IMG/VR virus record: IMGVR_UViG_3300010965_000005
Coordinates: 1-64,000 of that record
Length of the DNA stretch: 64,000 bases
DNA from: a virus
Lineage: Duplodnaviria > Caudoviricetes
Direction: 5' to 3' (one strand)
The notes under the pieces are model-generated. The model had not been told where the DNA came from and did not search any database. It worked only from the letters and a program-made list of their open reading frames with translations. The number at the start of each line of letters is the position of its first letter. Positions within the stretch are counted from its first letter, which is position 1. Made by a program: the position numbers and the translations under genes. This document shows, piece by piece, positions 18,491 to 27,459 of this stretch.

Positions 18491-18837
18491 CAGATCACCT
18501 CATTCGGAGAGATTGGCCACACTACCGATGCGGGGAAGCCATCTTGTCCCGTTATATCACGAAGCGCCTGCCTGTAGATAGCCCATGCGGCTTGATCAAC
18601 AGGAGAGTCTGCAACCTGCGTCCAGTCACACGATGCCAGAAGTTGGTTACGTTCAGCGCGGACCTGTTCGGCTGTCTTGGTTGGCTCAACGTAAGGCGAG
18701 ATGACCACGCCCCGTTCGATCATGGCATCGTAATGGCGGTTTCCGCCCACGGCTGGGATAGCCATCTCCACACCGTCTACCGTTGCGGTGATGGAGCCAG
18801 AAGCGGTGTAACGGGCGTCAGTTATATCCATGATCAT
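18490..18837 (-). CDS. tail fibre assembly chaperone
   Basis: VRAERNQLLASCDWTQVAD...W..YRQALRDI..Q.GFP..VVWP. Confidence 0.85.
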   Translation of the reverse strand: MIMDITDARYTASGSITATVDGVEMAIPAVGGNRHYDAMIERGVVISPYVEPTKTAEQVRAERNQLLASCDWTQVADSPVDQAAWAIYRQALRDITGQDGFPASVVWPISPNEVI

Positions 18838-19895
18838 AGCTCCGCATCTGCTGCCCAGAAGAACGAAATTCTCCCGGCAGCGGTAAAAAGCTTAAACCCG
18901 GAGTCGGAAAAATTATCAAACGCGACCGGGGTTTGGTTGGGGGTCGACCCATTCAAGGTATATTTGCCGGAATTCCCAGCATCATCCCAAATCGCGTAGG
19001 CGGGAGTCGTCCTCATTCTCTGGAGGATTCTAACAAGGGAAATGCTACTAAACCCGCCGCCATCGTAAATGCCGCCATTCATTCCGGATGGATTACCGGG
19101 GTTTACGGCAAGTGGATATAATTTCTGGTAGTAACGCTGACACCGTTCCAACTCTGGCCCTTGCTCAGGCCGCTTGTAGAGGTCAACCGCCGCCGTGGTC
19201 TGAGTTCCAAGTTTGATATGGACGCCCCACAGGTCAACGGCGATGGTTTGCAGGCCGAGGGAGTTTGAGCGGGCGTCGAGGGTTGAGCCTGCGGATGCCC
19301 AGAAGTTTATGGCCAGATAATCGTTAAGGTTAGTGCCAAGCGTTTTTCCCGTAATTGACGGGATGGTCATGGTGACCGCAAATGCGGCCCATGATGTTGT
19401 CAGGGTAACGGTGGTCGGGGAAATAGACGTGACGCTTGCCGATGGCGATCCGCCCGTGCCAAAGCTTTGTTCTGCCTCCAAGGCCATGTTGCCCGTACCA
19501 GTGGCTCGCTTGGCCCAGCCTAAAACTGTAATGGTCTGGCCAGCGTAGCTGCGGACGCCTTCAATGCGTTGTGTGGTAACGGCATACTGCGCTGACGTTG
19601 TCTGCCCAGTCACATTCTGCCGCAAGAAATAAGTAGGGCTGGTAGAGCCAATTGTATCGCCAACTGTAAATGCCTGACGGGACTGCGTAACCGTACCTCC
19701 AGATAGACCATTGAACCACCGATCAGCGCCATATACACCAGTGGTGAAGCTAGTTCCCCGCTGCCAGAAGTCAAACGCGCCATTGATGATGAGGTTTTGC
19801 GGGTCCAAGACGCCCTGACGCAGTGGGATGCCGTTGATTGTTGCCGTGTTACCGCCAGAGGCGTCTACTATGGCATTAACGCTTACAGTGGACAT
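18834..19895 (-). CDS. tail fibre / carbohydrate-binding receptor protein
   Basis: NLIING.FDFWQRGTS...Y.ADRW and E...CQRYY motifs. Confidence 0.8.
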   Translation of the reverse strand: MSTVSVNAIVDASGGNTATINGIPLRQGVLDPQNLIINGAFDFWQRGTSFTTGVYGADRWFNGLSGGTVTQSRQAFTVGDTIGSTSPTYFLRQNVTGQTTSAQYAVTTQRIEGVRSYAGQTITVLGWAKRATGTGNMALEAEQSFGTGGSPSASVTSISPTTVTLTTSWAAFAVTMTIPSITGKTLGTNLNDYLAINFWASAGSTLDARSNSLGLQTIAVDLWGVHIKLGTQTTAAVDLYKRPEQGPELERCQRYYQKLYPLAVNPGNPSGMNGGIYDGGGFSSISLVRILQRMRTTPAYAIWDDAGNSGKYTLNGSTPNQTPVAFDNFSDSGFKLFTAAGRISFFWAADAEL

Positions 19896-19898
19896 AAA

Positions 19899-20123
19899 TC
19901 AAACCCCACTTGTTGATGCTAGAATGTAATAGGTCGTCCCACCAATCACAACCGCAATTTTATTCGTCACGGTGTTGGTCGTGGATGATGATGGCGTGCC
20001 GCCAACAAGGACTGTCCCAGTGGCATCAGGCAGTGTCAGTGTCTGATTGGTGTTGCTGTTTGGTGATGCAATGGTGAATGCGCCAGTGCCAGATGCGTTG
20101 GGGGTAAGTGCGATGCTGCTCAT
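19899..20123 (-). CDS. small tail-associated protein
   Basis: TI.SPNSN...TLTLPDATGT motif within the fibre cluster. Confidence 0.7.
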   Translation of the reverse strand: MSSIALTPNASGTGAFTIASPNSNTNQTLTLPDATGTVLVGGTPSSSTTNTVTNKIAVVIGGTTYYILASTSGV

Positions 20124-20179
20124 GTTGTGGACTCCACTGGGTAGGTGTAACGAAGTTTAATCCTGATTGTAATAGGCAT

Positions 20180-21262
20180 TTACAGTACCACCCATCTTGC
20201 GCCAGCGGTGACCGTTACGGTCGCTCCTGCGTTGATTGTAATTGGGCCAGTTGACATAGCGTTCTTGTTTGCTGGGATTGCATAACTTGTCGTAACGACC
20301 TGACCGTTTTCAACAAAAATTTCATCCGACCCACCGCCAGTGGCCCCACCGCCGCCGCCAATTGCACCCCATGCAGTGCCGCTGTAACCCTCAAATTGAG
20401 AGGCGGTGGTGTTAAAGCGGAGGTATCCAGCGGCTGGGCTGACATCACGCTGGGCCTGTGTCCCCGTGGGGATTCCGGCTGATCCTGTTACTGCCGTCTG
20501 GGGTACATATGCGGTGCTATTTGTTGTGGCTGCCGTGCCAAGGCCAAGGTTTGTTCGAGCGGTGGCGGCATCAGAAGCGCCAGTACCACCATCCGCTATG
20601 GCAAGGTCAGTGATCCCAGTAATTGAACCGCCCGTAATGGTTACAGAAGATGCGGATTGTGTTGCAATGGAGCCAAGGCCAAGGTTGGTTCTGGCACCAG
20701 CAGCATCAGACGCGCCCGTACCGCCATCAGCCACCGCAAGATCAGTGATTCCAGTGATTGAGCCGCCCGTAATGGCAACAGAATTGGCACTCTGCGTTGA
20801 CATAGTGCCAAGGCCAGTGATGTCAGTACTTGGAATTGAAGCAACACCCGTCAATGCAACTGTGCCAGCGCCCTTGATATACCCCGTAAGCGTTGACGCT
20901 CCAGTTCCTCCATCGGCAACGGCCAGATCAGTGATTCCAGTAATTGAGCCACCCGTAATAGCAACGGCGTTAGCATTTTGGGTCGCCATCGTGCCAACGC
21001 CAGTGATGTCGGACGCCGGGATGGTAGGTGACGCCGTGAACGCTGCGGTTCCATTTCCCTTGATGTATCCAGTCAGGGTCGTCGCCCCGGTCCCGCCGAA
21101 GTCAACTGGGAAAGGAAGAGTTGTCGGCGTTCCCGTTCTGGCGGCGGCAATGACCTGATCCAAGCTGATCTTGACGGATGTTCCAGATTGGACGCCCTCG
21201 AACAGTTCCTGCCCAGACAGAGATGCTACGGCTGGAAGGTTGGGGATTTGAATGTTTGCCAT
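20180..21262 (-). CDS. repeat-containing tail fibre / L-shaped fibre protein
   Basis: Repeated ITGGSITGITDLA(V/I)ADGGTGAS units, PTGT.AQR...G..RFN motif, NAMSTGPITIN C-terminus. Confidence 0.8.
   Translation of the reverse strand: MANIQIPNLPAVASLSGQELFEGVQSGTSVKISLDQVIAAARTGTPTTLPFPVDFGGTGATTLTGYIKGNGTAAFTASPTIPASDITGVGTMATQNANAVAITGGSITGITDLAVADGGTGASTLTGYIKGAGTVALTGVASIPSTDITGLGTMSTQSANSVAITGGSITGITDLAVADGGTGASDAAGARTNLGLGSIATQSASSVTITGGSITGITDLAIADGGTGASDAATARTNLGLGTAATTNSTAYVPQTAVTGSAGIPTGTQAQRDVSPAAGYLRFNTTASQFEGYSGTAWGAIGGGGGATGGGSDEIFVENGQVVTTSYAIPANKNAMSTGPITINAGATVTVTAGARWVVL
20545..21100 (-). repeat. in-frame fibre repeats (3x ATQ...ITGGSITGITDLA.ADGGTGAS, 2x TLTGYIKG.GT.A.T....IP..DITG)
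   Basis: Visible in the translation and as imperfect DNA repeats. Confidence 0.85.
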
Positions 21263-21771
21263 CAGATCGGTCCTGTCTCTGGAACTTCGGTGTTACCATA
21301 CGGCAATCCGGCCTCGGTGGCTAGGGGTGGGGTCTGCGCGGCGGGGTCCGTGCCTGGCTGTTGGTTTAAGCTGCCATCAGCGCCGCCAGTCTGCTGGACG
21401 ACGCGCTTCTTGTCATTCTCGGTGATGCGGGTGTCACCATCGGGGACCATCAGGCCAGTCTTGACGTTCATGGTGGCGGGCAGGCTGGTCAGGCGATAGT
21501 CCGTCTCGGCGTTGACGAATTGCTCTGGCCGCGCATTCATAATTGGCGTCGGATCGGCTGGCAGCACGATAGACCGAAGCTGCTGCTGCGGGTCATCCAT
21601 GCAGGTGTTGCACACCAGAAGGCGCTTGTTGATCATCGACGCGCCAGCCCAGTCGTATTGCCAGCCCAGATCGACGTGGTTGTAGCGGCCACCGCAGCGG
21701 TCGCATATGGCGTGTGCCTGCGGGGATACCCGTGATGTCCTCGCCTTTCCTGCCCTCGATGCGTATGCCAT
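21262..21771 (-). CDS. conserved Cys-motif (Zn-binding) virion-module protein
   Basis: CDRCG...LVCNTC.D.PQ.QL. Confidence 0.7.
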   Translation of the reverse strand: MAYASRAGKARTSRVSPQAHAICDRCGGRYNHVDLGWQYDWAGASMINKRLLVCNTCMDDPQQQLRSIVLPADPTPIMNARPEQFVNAETDYRLTSLPATMNVKTGLMVPDGDTRITENDKKRVVQQTGGADGSLNQQPGTDPAAQTPPLATEAGLPYGNTEVPETGPI

Positions 21772-22451
21772 TATCGGAAATACCCGCCAATCATGGGTGA
21801 AATATACATCCCAACATTCTCGACGTTCTGGTTTGACGCGATCATGTAGCTTTCATCGGCCTGACCCTTGAGGGGAACGGCCAGTTGGGGGTTCCAGATG
21901 CGCGCCAGACGATACGTCAGGCCGTCCGCAAACGCCTCCAGCCACAAATAGGGAATTTCTACATTTTCGTTATTTCTGAGGTTCGAGTCCTGAATCTGGC
22001 GGACACGGTAATACTTCAGGATCGTGGCCGACGTGCCGTCTGGCACGGGCCACAGGGTGATGGTGGGGGAGATCAGGCGGTCATACCAGAACGATGTGGG
22101 GAAGCCCTGCTGGGCCTTGTTTGGGTAGGACGCATACTCGGTGCGGCTGATCGGCATGATCACGCGGTCAATGCCCTGATCGGTCGTGGTATAGGCATCA
22201 AGGATCATCACCGTGTTGCCCTCAACGGCGTAGGTGGACTGCCCCTCAATCAGGGGAGTGGTGACCAGATCGACGGCCCATAAATTGACCCCCTGGTTCG
22301 CCCAGCGCGACAGCATCATGTTTGTTGCCATGCGGGCGCTGTCCATATGCTCTTGCAACAGTGAAGTCGGGCGGATGCCCAAATTCATGTATGCGTAGAG
22401 GACAATCTCGCCCAGCCCTGGGTTAAATGCGTATGTGCCGCTGGTGGTCAT
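21771..22451 (-). CDS. head-to-tail adaptor (P22 gp4 / T7 gp11-like)
   Basis: MTTSGT..F, W.N.GVNLW, ISRTEY...PNK...G.P...W.DR, LWPVPD, EIPYLWLEA...GL.YRLA. Confidence 0.7.
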   Translation of the reverse strand: MTTSGTYAFNPGLGEIVLYAYMNLGIRPTSLLQEHMDSARMATNMMLSRWANQGVNLWAVDLVTTPLIEGQSTYAVEGNTVMILDAYTTTDQGIDRVIMPISRTEYASYPNKAQQGFPTSFWYDRLISPTITLWPVPDGTSATILKYYRVRQIQDSNLRNNENVEIPYLWLEAFADGLTYRLARIWNPQLAVPLKGQADESYMIASNQNVENVGMYISPMIGGYFR

Positions 22452-22455
22452 CTGA

Positions 22456-22707
22456 TCAACACTTCCATGCTTTTAGGGACAGCGCCTTGCGGGTCGGCTT
22501 TCCACTCTCGTCTTTCATGGGGCCTTCCATTCCAGACATTCTGGCACAGAAAGATTTCTTGCGCGCGGCGTCTTTTTCGGTCTTTGGACTTGGCGCTGGC
22601 GGCTTCAGGTTCATGCCTTGAGCCTTGGCCGACGCCCTGCCCTTTGCGTTAAGGCCACCCTTGGGGTCTTGGCCTTCCTTGCGGGTCCAAGCGGGTGATT
22701 TTGCCAT
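22456..22707 (-). CDS. small basic conserved phage protein (recalled as DUF6321-like)
   Basis: AWTRKEG..PKGGLNAKGRAS...R.KSFCARM.G...KAWKC. Confidence 0.7.
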   Translation of the reverse strand: MAKSPAWTRKEGQDPKGGLNAKGRASAKAQGMNLKPPAPSPKTEKDAARKKSFCARMSGMEGPMKDESGKPTRKALSLKAWKC

Positions 22708-23015
22708 TACCGAGCACCAGCCTGAACGATATATGCCGTGACCGTGCCGGAACCAGACGTGACGTTGATTGACAGCGCGTGGTGTGGGACGGTGATGGAG
22801 CCGTTGATTGACGCGGTCTTTGCGGAAAAACCAGTGTCCACAGCCCAGACGGTGGGGGCCGCAAGCATCGGGTCATCCATAGAAATCTCAATGTTGAAAG
22901 TTGCCGTGCCAGTCACGACAATGACCAAGCCGACGTTGAATGGATTTTGGAAGCTGTCCGAGGCGATGACCGCGCTCCGCCCAGTGCCAGTTTTTGAAAT
23001 TGTAATGGGGGTCAT
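22707..23015 (-). CDS. hypothetical structural protein
   Basis: Beta-rich; TAATG-coupled to the downstream gene. Confidence 0.7.
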   Translation of the reverse strand: MTPITISKTGTGRSAVIASDSFQNPFNVGLVIVVTGTATFNIEISMDDPMLAAPTVWAVDTGFSAKTASINGSITVPHHALSINVTSGSGTVTAYIVQAGAR

Positions 23016-23037
23016 CGCATTCTCCTGTAAGGGTGGA

Positions 23038-23056
23038 GGGGGCCGAAGCCCCCCCG
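23038..23056 (-). terminator. GC hairpin with UUCG tetraloop (weak U tract)
   Basis: GGGGGC-TTCG-GCCCCC on the - strand right after the stop at 23059. Confidence 0.45.
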
Positions 23057-23058
23057 TG

Positions 23059-23247
23059 TTACTTTGCCTTGGCGGCGGCTGCTGACATCAATGGCATACC
23101 ATAGACTGGCTGGCCACCGATAACTGTGCGGCTGCCACTCGTGGTGTGGGGCGTCACGTTTTCAGTTGCCGAAGGCTTGCCAGTGTCGACCGATTTGTCG
23201 ATGGTCATTGAGGGTTTTTTGTTCCCAACGCGGATGCCATTTTCCAT
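23059..23247 (-). CDS. hypothetical protein
   Basis: TAATG coupling at 23247; followed by a hairpin. Confidence 0.6.
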   Translation of the reverse strand: MENGIRVGNKKPSMTIDKSVDTGKPSATENVTPHTTSGSRTVIGGQPVYGMPLMSAAAAKAK

Positions 23248-23702
23248 TAGGGCAGATCGTGCGCTTGGATGTAACGGACGGTGATCGTGCCGACGCCCGT
23301 GCCAGTGTTTGCTGAAATGACCCAGATACGGTCATCCGTGGTTCCAGTGTCGTCCCATAGGCCAGTCCGAGTTGCGTCAGTGCCTGGATTCAACGCAACG
23401 AGGCCAACGGGCATTGAGGTCAGCGCCACCAGTTCGGTCGCGGTTGCCGAGGTGCCAACGCTCAGAGTCGTCGCAGCACCGCTCCACGCGGCGGTGTTCA
23501 GCATCTGAATGTTCATAATGTGGCTGTTTGCGGGCAGAACGATTGGGGTGGCCAATGCGGTTGCGGTGCCAGCTTGAGTGATTGGATAGGTCTGAACCAT
23601 GACAACCGAGCCGACGTTCTTGACGTCTTGGCCTAGGGTGGTGCCGGAGGTTTGAAGAATGTTGCCCGCGCGAATCGGACCAGTGAAGGTAGTCTTGCCC
23701 AT
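23247..23702 (-). CDS. capsid-associated structural protein
   Basis: MGKTTFTGPIRAG start with AAGGAG SD; LPANS.I..I motif; immediately follows the capsid gene. Confidence 0.7.
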   Translation of the reverse strand: MGKTTFTGPIRAGNILQTSGTTLGQDVKNVGSVVMVQTYPITQAGTATALATPIVLPANSHIMNIQMLNTAAWSGAATTLSVGTSATATELVALTSMPVGLVALNPGTDATRTGLWDDTGTTDDRIWVISANTGTGVGTITVRYIQAHDLP

Positions 23703-23714
23703 ATCAGGCTCCTT

Positions 23715-23759
23715 TTGCACAATGCGCCGCGCTGTCTGTGCAAGGTCCGCTGGGCGCGG
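23715..23759 (-). ncRNA. candidate H-type pseudoknot downstream of the major capsid gene (possible Mu-gpT-DE-like motif)
   Basis: CCGCGC(23759-54)/GCGCGG(23732-27) and TTGCACA(23743-37)/TGTGCAA(23721-15) are interleaved stems, abutting the SD. Confidence 0.55.
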
Positions 23760-23780
23760 TCAGGGCGGCAATAAGACCCA

Positions 23781-23811
23781 GAAGAGAAGAAGGGGGCCGA
23801 AGCCCCCTTTT
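23781..23811 (-). terminator. rho-independent terminator after the major capsid gene
   Basis: AAGGGGGC-TTCG-GCCCCCTT followed by CTTCTCTTC. Confidence 0.75.
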
Positions 23812-23819
23812 GACGTGGC

Positions 23820-24731
23820 TTAGGTTGGGAACGAGCCGTAGATCGAGCGCCAGTTGTAGTATCCGAAAGAATACCGCTCATAGCCTTTCACCAGCAAGTT
23901 GTCCGTAACAAAGTCAACTTGCATATCCGTTTCGAACTTCACCCGCTCCATGTAGGACAGGCCGTCGATGTTGGTCAGCAAGAACCATGCACCAGTCGAG
24001 GTCAGATAGTCATTGACCATGTAGCCCTCTGGCAAGCCGCCAGCGGTGGACATGATCGCATTGACGTCATTGTCTGCGGTGCCTGGGCGCAATTCGGTCT
24101 TCGTCAGACGAATGGCGATTGGCTCCAACTGTGGGGGAACAACCAGCTTGCGGCCACGGGCGAAGACCTTCAGGCCAGCCTGATCGCGGAAGTTGGTACG
24201 AATCGAGATCATGCCGTTCAGCAGGGTGGCCTCGTTCAGTTCGACATCGGTCGTCGGACGGTTCGCAACCGTTCCACCGTCAATTGGGTGGTTGGTGGCA
24301 ATCAGCGCAACGCCGTCACCGCCGATGGCACCGTTGTAGGTGGTCGCGGTGTTCAGGACGTTTGCGCCGTAGATTTCCTTGGTCTGCTGGAACGATTCCA
24401 CCAAGCCCAAGTTTGAGGGAGCAAACTGCGTTTTGTACAGGTTGTCGTCAATGGCTTTGCGGGTGATCGCATAGCCCAAGCCGATTTCCGTATGCTCTTG
24501 GTTGTAGATGAACCGCTCGCCAGCCGCGTTGTCAAAGGAGGTCTGGCCACCCTCGGTCTTCAGTTGCGCGTAGCCCAAGAAGCGCATTTCTGCGGTGCGC
24601 TCAAGCGCCATCTTGGAGTTGTGCTTCGTGAAGATTTTGTCGTACTGCGACGGAATCTGCTCGTATTTGCCTTCGATACCACGCAAGCCCGGCAACAGAA
24701 GGTCTTTGATTGCTGATAGATTAACAGCCAT
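23820..24731 (-). CDS. major capsid protein (HK97 fold; family often annotated Mu gpT-like)
   Basis: LLPGL...G..Y, EG....DN, GLGYAITRKAIDDNLY, A.VLN, GDGV.L..T.HP, L.VP.QL, A...T..L, YL.....WFL.T, L.VKG.ERYSFG..NWR.I.GS. Confidence 0.9.
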   Translation of the reverse strand: MAVNLSAIKDLLLPGLRGIEGKYEQIPSQYDKIFTKHNSKMALERTAEMRFLGYAQLKTEGGQTSFDNAAGERFIYNQEHTEIGLGYAITRKAIDDNLYKTQFAPSNLGLVESFQQTKEIYGANVLNTATTYNGAIGGDGVALIATNHPIDGGTVANRPTTDVELNEATLLNGMISIRTNFRDQAGLKVFARGRKLVVPPQLEPIAIRLTKTELRPGTADNDVNAIMSTAGGLPEGYMVNDYLTSTGAWFLLTNIDGLSYMERVKFETDMQVDFVTDNLLVKGYERYSFGYYNWRSIYGSFPT

Positions 24732-24742
24732 TTCTTATCCCC

Positions 24743-25333
24743 TTACACGCCAGTCAATTGCTTGGTAGCAACCGAGTTGAAGGCAACGATTGCCCGATTG
24801 TACGCACCAGCCTCAGTGCCTGGCGAGCCAGGGGGAGTGGTGAGCAGCGAAATGACGCGGAATGGCAGCGTCGAGGTGGTCGCAATGGTCGCACCCAAGA
24901 ATGCGCCAGAGATACCAGTCGAGGCATTGCCCGTGCCAGTGTTGTAGCTGATGTTTGCGTTGATCGCAGCCTGCGTCAGGCCAGTCGAATCCGACTGCAC
25001 AACCCACTTGGCGTTTGGATCATTGACGATGTAACCCGTGACGGTGTTACCCGATGCAACATCAGAGCCAGGCCAGTAGTTCGACCACACGGTGCGCTTC
25101 TGCGACACCGACAGGTATTTACAGCCTTGGAAGATGCCAGCGATTGTGGCGGTGACTTCGGTCGATGCGGCTGCACCCACAGTCACATAGCCGTTTGCGT
25201 CGTTGATTACGGGGTCGCCGTAATAGATTGCGGAAGCGTTATACACGATGTCAACCGCGACCTGCTCATAGGTCGGGGCGGAACCCGTGCCGCTGTATTG
25301 CCGAAAGCCGAAGGGCGTATTTGAATTCGCCAT
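24743..25333 (-). CDS. capsid decoration/cement protein
   Basis: MAN.N.PFG.R, IY.GDPV, GIF.GC.Y, V.DP...W.VQ; directly upstream of the capsid gene. Confidence 0.75.
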   Translation of the reverse strand: MANSNTPFGFRQYSGTGSAPTYEQVAVDIVYNASAIYYGDPVINDANGYVTVGAAASTEVTATIAGIFQGCKYLSVSQKRTVWSNYWPGSDVASGNTVTGYIVNDPNAKWVVQSDSTGLTQAAINANISYNTGTGNASTGISGAFLGATIATTSTLPFRVISLLTTPPGSPGTEAGAYNRAIVAFNSVATKQLTGV

Positions 25334-25341
25334 GCGGAAAT

Positions 25342-25387
25342 CTCCTTTACAGGAGGTCTATTTCGCGCACCGAGGCGATTTAGGACC
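25342..25387 (-). promoter_or_regulatory. structured 5' leader; GNRA hairpin sequesters the SD
   Basis: CTCCT-GTAA-AGGAG (25355-25342), 8 nt before ATG 25333, with an upstream weaker stem-loop. Confidence 0.5.
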
Positions 25388-25428
25388 AAGGGATGATGGG
25401 CCTCCCCGCCGGGGGGATGGATGCGGAT

Positions 25429-25457
25429 ACAATACGGGTATTTTTATACAAAGTAAA
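25429..25457 (-). promoter_or_regulatory. possible promoter for the decoration/capsid genes
   Basis: TTTACT-N17-TATTGT in an AT-rich patch. Confidence 0.4.
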
Positions 25458-25623
25458 GAGCGTGGCCCTGACGTGATTTTAAGGGGGCAACCCCCCACCA
25501 AAAACTGTCCTTTCAGCGGTTGCGCCGCACCATCCCCATTACTGGGCGGAACCATTTTTGGCGTTCCTGTCCCCCGTCAGGTGGGGTCTTGCGGTCTTTA
25601 CCCTTCGCCACGCAGGACGTGTA

Positions 25624-25840
25624 TTACATTTCAAATTTTGAACAGGCAATGGCAAACTTGCCATCGAAAGACTTTCCGACTTTTCGAGTGTGGGCCTTCA
25701 CGAGGGCGCATTTCCCAAGGAGCGGCTTGGCGGGGTCTTTTTTTGAAGTGCGCGCAGTCAACGCACTTCTTGCCAAGGTCGGGGCTTGCCCACGTTAGCT
25801 GCCCCTGAACCGTCATGTTAATCCGTTCTTGAAGTTCCAT
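25624..25840 (-). pseudogene. small Cys-rich protein split by a +1 shift at an A7 run
   Basis: Removing one A at 25738-25744 gives ...CVDCAHFKKDPAKPLLGKCALVKAHTRKVGKSFDGKFAIACSKFEM*. Confidence 0.6.
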
Positions 25841-25854
25841 CCGGCCCCCTGATG

Positions 25855-25880
25855 TGAAAATGGGGGACCGAAGCCCCCCA
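25855..25880 (-). terminator. rho-independent terminator
   Basis: TGGGGGGC-TTCG-GTCCCCCA-TTTT. Confidence 0.7.
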
Positions 25881-25943
25881 TTACGCTTTTAATCACCTGA
25901 TGAAGGAGGCCACTACGCTTTCTTCAACGTAATCCACATACGA

Positions 25944-26099
25944 TCATTTTGTGGCCCTGTCAACATCATCACCGCTGAAAAACACCGAAACGTGCGGCTC
26001 CAACTTTTCCCACGCCTCTTGGATGGCGGGCGTCCCCTCGGCCCTGATGGCTTTGCGGAGACGCCCGATGTAGTTGTAAATAGTGATTGCCTTGATCAC
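25944..26099 (-). CDS. 51-aa hypothetical protein (below ORF-track cut-off)
   Basis: GTGA overlap with the upstream stop; VIKAITIYNYIGRLRKAIRAEGTPAIQEAWEKLEPHV... Confidence 0.5.
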   Translation of the reverse strand: MIKAITIYNYIGRLRKAIRAEGTPAIQEAWEKLEPHVSVFFSGDDVDRATK

Positions 26100-26632
26100 T
26101 CAGGGATAGGCATGGCTTCATACCCCTTCTTGATCTTCGTCAGATCATTGCCGTTGTTGTCGCGGCCAAACTCGCCCGGCTTCGACGCGGAAAGCTGCTC
26201 TTCCTTGGCGCGGACCTGAAGGCGGGCGCGGCGCTTTTCGGCGTTGCGGGCCTCCTCAGTGATGGTCAGCGGGCGTTCCATCAAAACCATGCCCTTGCGG
26301 GTGATCATGGCATCCTTGTAGCCCAGCGGCATCATTTCGGGGTGGCGGGACGCGGGGACCATTTCCCAACCCTTGCGCTGCAACGCCACTTGGTGTGCGG
26401 GGTCTTCCGCACCGAGGACGAGTCGGGTCTTCCACTCGTAGGACCAGCCGTCGGGGATGATACCCGGCTCCACAAAGAATTCATCCAGACCGTCGTCTGT
26501 GTCCGAGTGGCCGCGAAGTTCTGCGGCCCGCCGCTCGGCGCGCTCCCGTGGGGTTTCCTCGGTGGTCATAGCAGCCCTGACACTTGGGCGAAGCTTCTTC
26601 TCAATTGGCTTAAAGTCATCATTTTCCATCAT
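26096..26632 (-). CDS. conserved head-module protein
   Basis: P.GWSYEW, L.RKGWE.VP..RHPE, G.VLMERP; lies between scaffold and decoration genes. Confidence 0.75.
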   Translation of the reverse strand: MMENDDFKPIEKKLRPSVRAAMTTEETPRERAERRAAELRGHSDTDDGLDEFFVEPGIIPDGWSYEWKTRLVLGAEDPAHQVALQRKGWEMVPASRHPEMMPLGYKDAMITRKGMVLMERPLTITEEARNAEKRRARLQVRAKEEQLSASKPGEFGRDNNGNDLTKIKKGYEAMPIPE

Positions 26633-27459
26633 TTCATTTTACCTTCCTTGATCAAGTCAATTTTGTTTTTGGCGTAAGCCTCTGGGGTCATCCCCATGTC
26701 GGCTGCCGCCTCGCGCTCTGCCGCCGTCAGCCTGACCGTGTTCTTGCTGTTGGAACCCGTGCCACGACTCACTGGGGCAGCCGCTGGGGCGGCGTCACGG
26801 CGCTGGGTGACCTTGGATGCGAACTGATCGCCAGTGTCATTGCTGGGGGCGGCCTTAGACACTCCCAGCTTGCTCTCAATAGCCGCGAAGTATGCGGGCG
26901 TGTCTGGGGCGATACCATCATCAACCGCGTCTTCGTGCGCTCTGATCATCTTGCGGTTCAGGCGGGGGTCGGTGACGAACTGGGGGTTATTGCGGACCCA
27001 ATTGGCCGAGATCGGCGTCAGCCGCGCCGCGAAGGCCTCCACGGGGTCGGCGGGCGTATACTGCGGTTCGGGAGTCTTCGGCTTGGAGTTCATCGCCTCA
27101 AGGCCGTTGCGAAGCTGGAGCAATTGCGCCGACTTCTCGCCCATCAACTGCTGAATTTCAGCCGCGCCAGCGAAGTCCTGATTCTGCATGGCAATCTGGT
27201 AATTGCTCTTTAGAATCTCGGCGTCCCGCGTGACACTGTCAATGGCGCTGGACACCAACTGGATTTCGGTGTCGTCCTTTTCGCTGCTGGCGTGGTGCGC
27301 CCGCTTTTCGGCGGCAATGCGAGCCTGACGCTCAACGTCAATCTGGCGCTTCAGTTCAGAGATTGACTCTTGAATGTCGGGGACTTGGATTTCCTCGGCC
27401 TCGGCAATTTCATCATCAACGATAATTTCGATTTCTTCATCCATGTCGTTCACCTTCAA
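26629..27459 (-). CDS. scaffolding protein
   Basis: Acidic N-terminus, long coiled coil, W...N, and C-terminal VRLT..E...A..MGMT.E.YAK.K helix-turn-helix. Confidence 0.75.
   Translation of the reverse strand: MKVNDMDEEIEIIVDDEIAEAEEIQVPDIQESISELKRQIDVERQARIAAEKRAHHASSEKDDTEIQLVSSAIDSVTRDAEILKSNYQIAMQNQDFAGAAEIQQLMGEKSAQLLQLRNGLEAMNSKPKTPEPQYTPADPVEAFAARLTPISANWVRNNPQFVTDPRLNRKMIRAHEDAVDDGIAPDTPAYFAAIESKLGVSKAAPSNDTGDQFASKVTQRRDAAPAAAPVSRGTGSNSKNTVRLTAAEREAAADMGMTPEAYAKNKIDLIKEGKMK

Noticed and set aside
20545-21100. ADGG in the fibre repeats as part of the GG-tag system
   Set aside because: It is embedded in the common fibre repeat LAVADGGTGAS and lacks the basic/aromatic -3 residue and the domain-boundary position.
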